Of a DNA stretch of 64,000 bases, positions 54,155 through 64,000 are shown piece after piece. Source of the stretch: Octopus sinensis. Taxonomy: Eukaryota. The translations under genes and the position numbers were made by a program. The stretch is taken from NCBI RefSeq assembly GCF_006345805.1, contig NC_043000.1:51832001-51896000 (forward strand). Direction: 5' to 3'. The number at the start of each line of letters is the position of its first letter. Position 1 is the stretch's first letter. The notes below the pieces were generated by a model. It saw only the letters and a list, made by a program, of their open reading frames with translations. It was not told the origin of the DNA and made no database searches.

Positions 54155-54233
54155 CAGCTATAGAGACCAGAATCTGGGTAGTTTCGACACTTTAAATATG
54201 TCAGGACTCCTCAGCTTCTGGTCTCTATGGCTG
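54155..54233 (+). ncRNA. Pre-miRNA-like hairpin (candidate)
   Basis: 35-bp stem (54155-54189 / 54199-54233) with 9-nt loop: 28 Watson-Crick pairs, 4 G-U pairs and 3 mismatches on the + strand. Confidence 0.35.
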
Positions 54234-54551
54234 ATGAGTGGTATTCTCCTTTTATGCTTATAGTTTCCATGTTCCACTTTGATTTTCACTGCTGTGTGGC
54301 AGATTCATTCAGCTCATCACAAAAGGAAGAAATAGCATTAGAATATTGATGCTATTTTTCGTCATAATTTATATGATTGTTATTACTCTTGTATATGTAA
54401 TAATATATCACTCAGTAATTTGTCACCACTTCTAGATTAAGAAGAATTGTTTCAGGCTTACCCCTAGTCACATTGTATAGACTTAAGAGTATTTAAAGTA
54501 CCTCTTCTATGAGAACATTGTGGAAACACAAGATAAATAAAAGAAACAACT

Positions 54552-54586
<35 letters not shown>

Positions 54587-54588
<2 letters not shown>

Positions 54589-55070
54589 GTGCAGGTGTAG
54601 CAGTGTGATAAGAAGCTAGCTTCCCAACCACATGATTCTTGGTTCAGTCTCACTGTGTGACACCTTGGGCAAGTGCCTTCTACTATGGCCTCGGGCTGAC
54701 TAAAGCCATGTGAGTGGATTTGGTAGACGGAAACTGAAAGAAGCCTGTTGTGTGTGTGTGTATATATATATTTCCTTCTTTCCTGAGCGTCCAATAATAC
54801 TATATTTGTTCCACGTTCTCGTGTTGTTGTGCTTTCTTGTTTGGATTAACTTTATATATATATATATGTGTGTATACACTCATATATGTGTGTTTTTGTG
54901 TCTGAATTTGACACCCATCACTGCTTGACAACTGGTGTTGGTGCGTTTACTTAGTGGTTCAGCAAAAGAAACTGATAGAATTAGTCCTGGTGTCAATTTG
55001 TTTGACTAAAACGCTTCAAGGCTGTGCTCCAGCAGGCCACAATCAAATGACTGAAACAAATAAAAGAATA
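54587..55070 (+). mobile_element. SINE-A interrupted by a pLTR-like fragment
   Basis: SINE-A halves on both sides of 54771-54852. Confidence 0.88.
54771..54852 (+). mobile_element. 3' fragment of the 36747-36957 pLTR-like family inserted into (TA)n
   Basis: 'tcctgagcgtccaataatactat...ttgttccacgt...tttggattaac' is the reverse complement of about 36747-36835. Confidence 0.85.
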
Positions 55071-55574
55071 CATAGATAGATAAATACATGCATGAATGTC
55101 TATGCGCAATAAGCATCTTCCATTAACCTTACTAGCTAGGGAAATATGAAATACATTTTTGTGTGGACATAATTCCATACAGATAATAGTTTAATGATGG
55201 GTGTTGTGGTTGACATTTTCTTAAATCATTTTATGTTTATCTTTGTTGGTGACGCACACACACACACACACACACACATTATCAGTGTCCTTCTCAGTCT
55301 TTCATGGGTGCTGTTTAGACTAAGGAATAAAAAAAAATCTATGAAGCATTATATGAATGCATTACTTTGTAGTTGTGGAACAATCAAAAGAGAGAGTGAC
55401 ATAGAGTGTGTGTGTGTCTGTGTGAGAGAGAGACAGACAGACAGACAGAAGGGCTGATATATGTGCAAGATATTGCAATTCGGCATGCATGCATTTGCAT
55501 ACAAATGTCCTTTCAGTGATAAGTAGACAGATAAATAATAAAGACAGATGGGAGAGGAGAAAAAGAGATAGAGA

Positions 55575-56115
55575 GATGTAGCTGTATGGTAAGAAACTTG
55601 CTTCCCAACCACATGGTTCCTGGTTCAGTCTCACTGTGTAGCACCTTGGGCAAGTGTTTTCTGCTATATCCTTCGGCTGACCAAAGCCTTGTGAGTGGAT
55701 TTGGCAGAATAAGCCTGTTGTATGTGTATGTATACATATATATATATACATACATACATACATGTATGAACATTTAATGTGATTTTAGAGGCAGGTTTTG
55801 GATGCTATTTCCAGCGAGGTGATATCTCTTAGATACCCTAAATTATAATTTTATATATAGATACGATTCGGTCAACGGAATCTGAAAGAAGCTTGTACCT
55901 ATGTGTATGTGCCTCTCTGTCTGTGTTTGTCCCATCAACATTGCTTGACAACCAGTGTTGGTGTTTACATTTCCGTAACTTAGCAGTTCACCAAAAGATA
56001 CCGGTAGAATAAGTAGACTTCAAAAAATAAGCCCTGGGGTCAATTTGCACCTTTCAAGATGGCGCCCCAGCATGGTTGCTGTCAAATGACTGATACAAGT
56101 AAAAGATAAAAGATA
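55575..56115 (+). mobile_element. SINE-A (split or composite)
   Basis: Head at 55575-55720 and 3' half at 55915-56115. Confidence 0.8.
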
Positions 56116-56319
56116 AAACATACAAATCACACACACACACACACACATTTACTGACAAAGATAAAGAATGTGAGAAATATTGCAGTTTTATATTTACACA
56201 CTTGCATACAACCAAACTCACTCGTACATAAACATTTGTACATACACACATGTGCATGTGCATCTACTATTCTTTTTTACTGAAAACAGCATTGCTTAAT
56301 ATTAACAGATATAACACCC

Positions 56320-56480
56320 CACTCTGTGGGGTGAATGGTGTTAGGAAGGGCATCCAACCATGAAACCCATGCCAAAATTTACAATGAAGCCAGGTGTAGT
56401 CTTCTGCCTAGCCAGTTCCTGTTAAACAATCCAACCCATGCCAGCATGGAAAACAGATGTTAAGTGATGATGATCATGAT
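56320..56480 (+). mobile_element. SINE-C 3' part
   Basis: 'ttaggaagggcatcca...ccaacccatgccagcatggaaaacagatgttaagtgatgatgat'. Confidence 0.8.
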
Positions 56481-56918
56481 TATATTGTTTTCATTTTGAT
56501 GCTGATTATTTGTAGTAGCAGTAGTAATAGGATGTTTTACCATTTCCATATGGCTGTTTGTAGGTTGGCATTGTCTTCAGGGGAAGACAATTATTTACCT
56601 ATTGGTGTTCAAAAGATAATTAACTGATTTCTTACACTCCATTTTTAATGGAAATGTTTTTAATTCACTATAAATATTTAATTATTTTTCTTTTTACATG
56701 TTTTTTAAAAATTCACTTTTCTTTTTCAGCTTTTATTAGTTTTTTTTAATATTTTCATTTAAGCATTGCAATATAATTAATATTTGTATTCTTCATTTGT
56801 GCATATGTGTATGTAGACATGTAAAGAGACATTTGGTTGTCAGATAGGTGCAGGTATGGCTGTGTGGGGAGAAGTTTGCTTCCCACCCACATGGTTCCAG
56901 GTTGACCAAAGCCTTGTT

Positions 56919-57146
56919 TGGCCCAAAAGTAGTTTGCAGTTATCATGTAGGCACTTTAAATATCTTTTTAACATTTTGTTAAATTTAAATTTCTATCTTA
57001 CAAACTGAAAAGGGAGCTTGATAAAACTAACTAAATTAGCATAGAGTAGTGGTTTCATACTTTTTTATAATTAAGATCTAAACTGTTAATATATGAATGC
57101 GAAAGGGATAGTTGAATAACTGTAAACCTACTTTTGGGCCACCCTG
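56919..57146. mobile_element. Tc1/mariner-type MITE
   Basis: Inverted ends tggcccaaaagtagtttgcagttat / ataactgtaaacctacttttgggccaccctg. The left terminus is truncated. Confidence 0.75.
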
Positions 57147-57484
57147 CATATGTGTGTGTGAGTATACACATAAGAAAATTTTTGTATAATTTCTATCTTA
57201 AGATTTAATCTTTGTTTTGGATTGAGAGGTAGTGATCAATAACATTTTTGCTATTATTTTCAGTGTTTACTGAAGCATACTAATCAAGATATTTTAAAGG
57301 GCAGTTTTATAAATATGTAATGGGGTGATATATTAAATGATACGTGCAGGGTATCCTTAACTGTAATTTTCTCCTTAGCAGGAAAACATAAAGGAAGACT
57401 TTGTAGCATTTGCTAGCAAAAACTTTAAAAAAGAGAGGGGAGATAATTACAAGAACTTAATTACTCAAAATTCCTTTATGGGCT

Positions 57485-57805
57485 TAGGCACAATCATGTG
57501 TTTTATGATTAAGAAGTTTGCTTCATAACCATGTAGTTTGGGTTTATTTCCACTGTGTAGTACTTTTGGCAATGTTTTTTTACTATAGTGTTGGGCTGAC
57601 TAAAGTCTTGAAAGAAGCCTGTCATACGTGTGTGTGTATGTATGTGTGTGTGTATGTAAACATATATGGCCTTGCAGAAATATTACCCTGCTTGCAAACA
57701 GGTAAGTGTTGGTGACAGGAAGAGCATTCAGCCATAAAAAAATCTGCCTCAATGAATTCTATCCAACTCATGCAAGCATGGAAAGTAGATGTTATGATGA
57801 GGATA
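57485..57805 (+). mobile_element. Chimeric SINE: A-type head + Meta-like/(TGA)n tail
   Basis: A head to 'gaaagaagcc', microsatellite, then 'ggtgacaggaagagcattc...gcatggaaagtagatgttatgatga'. Confidence 0.65.
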
Positions 57806-58010
57806 AGAATGAAAATAAAACAAAAAGGAAGAAATCTGCAGGCAACAGAATGGATTCTGCTAGAGGCACTCAAGGGTTAGGTAGTTGTGTGAACCTGATG
57901 TCAGCTCAGAATAGTTTTACTTTGAACTCATCATAGTATAATTTATTGCATTTCTTTGTATTGGAAGGGAATATTTTGTTTATCCTGTTTTTTCTCTCTT
58001 TCTTTTACAG

Positions 58011-58049
58011 ATTTTGGCATTAGCACGGGTGAACCTGATTCTAGATATT
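58011..58049 (+). CDS. sol-1: 39-nt micro-exon, inter-CUB linker (N)FGISTGEPDSRY(L), phase 1 to phase 1
   Basis: Long polypyrimidine tract plus tacAG (58009-58010) and GTAAGT at 58050. Joins both neighbouring exons in frame and gives the 'FVRNFGI' linker recalled from SOL-1 homologues. Confidence 0.88.
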
Positions 58050-58162
58050 GTAAGTATTCAACAGTTACTATTGTGAAAAACATTTTCTATCTCAATAAAA
58101 GTAACATATGAGAATAGCATTAAAAAGAGCATGTGAAAGGAATGTTTGCATTTAATCACTGA

Positions 58163-58205
<43 letters not shown>

Positions 58206-58861
58206 TTTATGTGTACTTTACTAAGTGGATGAAGGGTTGAACCACAAGCTCTAAAAGCTCATATATTGCAGATGCTTCATTATTATATCTGCTTTGGTCA
58301 TAGAAAGTGAATTGGTTCATATAATTGTGACAGGTATGAGTCTTTAGCAAATGCTATCTGCAATAGATTCACATCCTGTTAATCTTTCATCTGTTCAATG
58401 TTATAGGATCCAATGCTAAGCTCTGGCCATCATTAACCACTATATATATATATTTATAAGGCACAGGCATGGCTGTATCAAGAAGTTCACTGTGCTTTCA
58501 GTACCTCTTTGAGCAAGTACCTGAGCCTTGTGAGTTAATTTGATAGATAGAGTCTGTAAAAGAACCATTGTGTGTGTGTATTTATTTACATCTCACACAC
58601 TTTGTGCTGTAAAAGCCATTAGGAAAAGAGTTCTCTTTCTTGAGAAACAGATATGGGATAGTGATAGGAAGGGCATCCATCTCTAAAAAGATAACACTCA
58701 GCATATTCATCTAACCTGTGCAGCATGGAAAAATAGACAAAAATTTATGAAGCACACACACACATACACACCCAACCAAAACCGCCTGTCCTACTTTGGT
58801 TTACATATAGCATTATACTAAGCTGAGAGTTATTCTATGCCATTTGACATACTTGTAAATA

Positions 58862-59021
58862 TGCAGTAGTGTATGTGTGGTAAGTAGCTTGCTTACCAGC
58901 CACATGGTTCCAGGTTCATTCCCACTGCGTGGCACCTTGGGAAAGTGTCTTCTACTATAGCCGTGGGCCGACCAAAGCCTTGTTAGTGGATTTGGTTGAC
59001 AGAATCTAAAAGAAACCTTTC

Positions 59022-59087
<66 letters not shown>

Positions 59088-59300
59088 ATAATGTTTGTGT
59101 GTCTGTGTTTGTCTCCCCACCAACATCGCTTGACAACCGATGGTGGTGTGTTTATGTTCCTGTAACTTAGGAGTTCGGCAAAAGAGACCAATAGAATAAG
59201 TACTAGGCTTCCAAAGAATAAGTCCTGGGGTCGATTTGCTTGACTAAAGGCAGTGCTCCAGCATGGCCACAGTCAAATGACTGAAACAAGTAAAAGAGAG
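58862..59300 (+). mobile_element. SINE-A, full length
   Basis: Matches 39267-39675. Confidence 0.93.
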
Positions 59301-59748
59301 TATGCAAAAATCACTTATCCCAATTTAGCGAGGCAACTTCATAAGCTATCTGCAGAAATTAATGAAAACTAAAAAAGCAAACGAACAAACAAAATAATCC
59401 TCCTTAATAGTATAAAGTATGTCACTGCAAGCTGATACAAGTCAATGCATTTCCAAGACTGTTCTAATTTTTTATGGCTTTACACACAAGTGCTGTCATT
59501 CTATCTAGATTATCATCTGAGCTTTTTGTATTTTTAGTAGAACACTATTTGGCAGATACTGAGATTTTTTTTTTTTTCAGATTTTCAAAGCTAGTTACAA
59601 GGCAAATTATGTTTTGGCAGATTATTTAGCATTAATGCATTTTGTTGTCAATGTAGCTATTTGTAGGTCACTACTTACCATCAGACATAACTGTTATTAG
59701 TCTTTAAAAGATACTTTAGTTGATTTCTTTAATTAGTTCTGTTTGCAT

Positions 59749-59781
<33 letters not shown>

Positions 59782-59878
59782 ATATATTAATAGCTTTTAA
59801 GAATGCATGCCTCTCCGTTATATTATACATACCTAAATACCTGCATATATTATACATACACACACATATATATATATA

Positions 59879-60410
59879 CAGGGTGTAATGGATAAATTGT
59901 CGCCATTTTATAGTTTTAATTTTGTGCATGCACATCATTTGTTTTTGATTTTGTTGACTACACAGTATAGTAGGGTCAGCTGGGCACTCTCTGTGAGAAA
60001 AACAGCACCATGATGCAATTCACTCTGCCAGAAATTTGGAAATGATATGCTGTGCTGCTTGGCAATACAAACATTTCAGAGTGTGTGGGTGTCAATCTGA
60101 GTACAGTGCAGAGAATTCGAAAAGAGTTTTATTAGTCTAATGGTGATTACAAAGGTATGACATCTTGGAAAACACACTCTGATTGTTTTGATCAGAAAAG
60201 AACTGAATTTGTTGGTGATATTCAGGCCCTGATTCCTCCAAGTCAATCAGGTCCATTGCCAGAGACATGGGAGTGTCTGAGTTTCTTATCAGGCAGGTAA
60301 TGCATGAAGACGTTTGGTATTCCTTATACAAGAGGAGAAAGGGCCAATTTTTATCCCAAGCTATCAAAGACAAGTGCGAAGATTACACTACAAAGCTTTT
60401 GAACAAACTC
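59879..60410 (+). mobile_element. Tc1/mariner transposon 5' remnant
   Basis: TA|CAGGGTG terminus in (TA)n. Broken frame ..KSIRSIARDMGVSEFLIRQVMHED...KGQFLS (HTH region of a transposase). Confidence 0.8.
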
Positions 60411-61709
60411 AATGCAAATCATAATGGTATACATGAACTAAAATACTACTATTATACTAGTTTTGAATAAACAACTACACACACACAAACACACACACAC
60501 AAATAAATACATACATACATGCATGCATGCATGCATGGACTTATATCCCTGTGTCTCACTGTGAAATTAGCCAGGACACAGTTTAGAATGAGGATTGAAC
60601 CATTGGGCTTTTGTTGTTATTTATCAGCTCATCAGGAATCATTCTTCCTTCCTAGAAGTTGAGATAACGAAGTGTATATCTATTTATTAAAATATAAAGG
60701 TCATGACCTTAAGGTGATGGGTTCAATTCATCGACCAAATAAGATATGTCCTGTGAATTGGTATTGGTCAACAGAAACTAAATTGAAGCACATCCCATAT
60801 GAGTGTGTGCAAGGGTATGTGTGAAAGTGTACAATCCACATTTTTGAATGAAGCCATTTGAGCAAAACAATGGCATTATGTTGACCTTCTTGCTGATGAA
60901 TTTGCCTTTCAAAGACAGGTGAAAAAAAATCCTGTACATGAAAAGCTTGTAAGGGTTAGCAACAGTATAGGTATCCAGCTGTAAAATAATATCTCAATAA
61001 TAAGTCTTTGTCCAGCACAAGCTAGTGAGGGAAAATTAAATCAGCATTTGGTGCTTTCTATTCTATGATAGAGTCAAGTTTGTAATTCACAGCTGTGGTC
61101 TATTTTCATGGTGTTGATGAAAGGAAACTGAATAAGTTATTTTCCATCATAAGTTCCTTCTAATTTGATATTTCTTCTTTTTGTTTTTATTACATTTGTT
61201 ATTTGGAAGCTATGATATAAGGAGAGTTGGGATTTGCTATGACCTCATTCTCACCAAATCTCAACCATCAGGATTATTAGTTCTGTGAGTGTAAATTGCA
61301 GATGTCAGAAACTCTATAAACCATGATATCTGAAGAAATAAGTAAATTTAAATGTCTGAGATGAGTTGTTAATATGATTATATGTAATTAGTTGAACTGT
61401 TAATCTCATCTAGAAAGATGAAAGATTTCTTTTCTTTAAATGCTTACATCTGCTGTTTTAGTTGCTTTCATCTTTACTATAGAATGTGTCTATAGTACAA
61501 GACTAGATTCAAAATAGGAACCTTTATTTCTGAATGCTATGGTTTTGTACATACAAACAATTACATGCAGTATTAAGGTGGCACCTGATGATAATTGGAA
61601 ACTAAAATTTAGCTTAGATATTAATTTATATCAAATCATTGTAAATGAAGATAATAGTCTGAAAAATTATAATGCTATGAATATCTATTGAAGGAAGAGT
61701 ACCCAAAGT

Positions 61710-62027
61710 AGACACAGGCATAGCTGTGTGGTGTGCACTTTGCTTCCCAAACACTTGGTTCTGGGGTCAGTCCTACTGTATGGCACCTTGAGCAAGTGTT
61801 TTCTACTATAGCCTTGGGCTGACCAACACCTTGGAAGTGGATATGGCAGATGGAAACTGAAAGAAGTCTGATAAATATTTTTTTGCTTACGTGTTGGTAT
61901 ATTTACATTACTGTAACTCAGCAGTTTGGCAAAAGAGACCGATTGAATAAGTAGCAGGCTTAAAAAAGTCCTGAGGTGGATTCATTGGCTACAGTCTAAG
62001 GCCTAAAGCAAGTAAAAGATAAAAGAA
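61710..62027 (+). mobile_element. SINE-A, degenerate, lacking central microsatellite
   Basis: Head and 'gcaaaagagaccga..gaataagt' 3' motifs. Confidence 0.8.
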
Positions 62028-62641
62028 TGTTGATCAGTGTGTAAAATATCATATAGAATGTCCAACCCTTGGTAGCATAGAAAACAGATGTTAAATGATG
62101 ATGGTTGTGACGATGATGGTTATTATTGTGCAATACAAACAGTTCTTTGGAACTAGAAAAAACTGCAATCATTTTAACTCTGAGGAGAGAGAGTAAGGGA
62201 GAGAGTTTGTAAAACATAATCCTGTTATACCAAACTTATAAAGCACATTCTTCCATTAGTTCTGAGCCATTACCAGAAGAAATAAGTATTACTTACAATT
62301 CAGTGTCTTCTAACCATTCAACTATAAAGTATATGCTTCTCCTGAAAATTCTGATACCAGTATTAAAACTTTTGCAGCTTATCCCACTTGTGTAGTGTTT
62401 ATTCTAGAATATAAAGCATCTAGGCTATATTTATATTTGAACCAAAGTCAATAGTTCTTCCCCAATTTTATCATCTTTTATTTAATGTACATTTTAAGTT
62501 TATCACTTAGATTTGTTTTATTCTTTTATCTATTCTGTTAAAACATATCCGAAACAAATGTAAAATAGATCTACTCCAAGTATATATATACATATATATC
62601 AAAAGAATTTTATAATAACCTCTATTTCTTGCTCTTTTCAG

Positions 62642-62813
62642 TATGTGGGTTCAACTATAAGAGTATTTTAGCATCTTCTGGGTTTTTCACTTCACCAAAT
62701 TATCCAGGAAAATACCCAAGAATAACGGAATGTCACTATCTGTTTTATGGTCAGAAAGGTGAAAAAGTAATAATTGACTTCACAAAATTTGAAGTTGATG
62801 GTGTTAAACCAAA
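62642..62813 (+). CDS. sol-1: Exon of SOL-1-like protein, first half of next CUB domain, phase 1 to phase 2
   Basis: ttttcAG acceptor (62640-62641) and GTAAGT donor (62814). Encodes CGFNYKSILASSGFFTSPNYPGKYPRITECHYLFYGQKGEKVIIDFTKFEVDGVKP, the canonical CUB C..G...SPNYP..YP...C.Y. Confidence 0.96.
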
Positions 62814-63866
62814 GTAAGTAAAAATGCTCTCATTTCTAATTCTAGTAGCTGTTAAGATAAAATGGTTTCTTGAATTTACATTCTTACAACATTAAATATT
62901 GAATGGAAAATGTCTAGAAAACATTACATTCACAATCATCCATGTAATGTTACTGTAAGTGGACTATTAATCTCTAGGATTTGTGGCAAGAGTTCTTAAA
63001 TTTTATTCAATTAAGATTTCGAATTTCTCCCCCAAAATGTACTAAATATGTGGAAATTAAGAAATTTCCTTTTGTGATATTCACATATTGATTTATTTTA
63101 AGTAGAAACAAATCCAATATTTTTGGTGGTGTGGGTGGGATAATTAATTGAATTATTGATATTTATTTTATCAATCATTGATGGATGGAGGTACATTTGA
63201 TCTCTGCAGCATTTGAAAGCCAACTTGACGGAGCTACAACTAAATACTGTAACATTCGGTTTTATGATAGCCTGACTTTGCCGTTTTAATTAAGAGCAGC
63301 TAAGATGTTTTACTAGTGGAATGTGAGAAAGTCTTTAATCTCACTACTTGGCAACTAGAAATGGGTTATCATTTAATTATCTTATAATTCAACAAACTAC
63401 TTCAAAGCTATGGGTAATTTTAACTATAATAGTCACTCTTCTGAATATTATATGGAGAATGTCCATTGTTGTGTCCAGGAGAAAAATAATTATCTCCTAC
63501 CATCCAATTTGAATATATTAGAATATTATATAATAGAATTATTTTAATTCTATTCCATGATATTCTACTCTATTTTAATTTGAAACTGTGTTGCATATAA
63601 AACATAAAATATACAAACATGGCTAAAAAGACAGAAGCTTTTTAAAAGAAGGGCTCTTTGTATAAAGAAACATTGTATAAAATGCATTAAACAAATGTGA
63701 AACTGTTATAACGTAAGGTTTGATTTCTATCATTTTAAGACTACAATGTAGAAGTAGAACAAGGACGTTTATGAAATTACTTTTATTTTTGCAGTGTCAG
63801 TAAATTTACGGAAACTTAATTTTTTTCAGTTTCATAATATTAATTCATTTCCTTTCTTCCTTTCAG

Positions 63867-64000
63867 CTGTGACGAAGAACATAAAAGTGATTATGTTTCT
63901 TTCTCTAACTTCTTCACCACACAAGATAGAAAAATGGATCGGTTCTGTGGTTTGAGAACGGGGAAGAATAATACGGTCAAGTCCGATGGCGAATTTTTCA
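63867..64000 (+). CDS. sol-1: Exon of SOL-1-like protein, second half of CUB domain (runs off window)
   Basis: Polypyrimidine tract plus tttcAG (63865-63866). The phase-2 join gives N-CDEEHKSDYVSFSNFFTTQDRKMDRFCGLRTGKNNTVKSDGEFF. 'SDYV.FSNF...DRK..R.CG...SDG.FF' is the pattern I recall for the last CUB of SOL-1. Confidence 0.93.

Noticed and set aside
54231-54260. CTGATGA right after the hairpin as a hammerhead core
   Set aside because: No stem II or GAAA follows.
61226-61266. Short hairpin gttgggatttg/caaatctcaac (and similar ones at about 31083 and 54085)
   Set aside because: Stems of about 10 bp are expected by chance in 64 kb of AT-rich DNA.

Overview
AT-rich, repeat-dense animal genomic DNA. 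The SINE repertoire and microsatellite load suggest an octopus or other coleoid cephalopod (inference from recognition, not a search). The only host gene I can support is a + strand, multi-CUB-domain gene resembling SOL-1 (suppressor of lurcher 1, an invertebrate AMPA-receptor auxiliary subunit). It has four exons that splice in frame: 41860-42050, a 39-nt micro-exon at 58011-58049, 62642-62813, and 63867 to past the window end. Everything else looks intronic or intergenic. It contains at least four tRNA-derived SINE families, two R4/Dong-like RLE LINE 3' remnants in (TAA)n tracts, decayed CR1-like and Tc1/mariner remnants, piggyBac-, hAT- and mariner-type MITEs, microsatellites and a 64-bp minisatellite. 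The most unusual signal is a set of short, often inverted (palindromic) elements carrying minimal hammerhead-ribozyme-like cores typical of Penelope pseudo-LTRs. One of them (42236-42719) fuses a tRNA-like Pol III head to such a tail, making it a candidate Penelope-mobilised, ribozyme-bearing SINE. Also notable are a pre-miRNA-like intronic hairpin (54155-54233) and several templated inversions. Boundaries of degenerate repeats are approximate.
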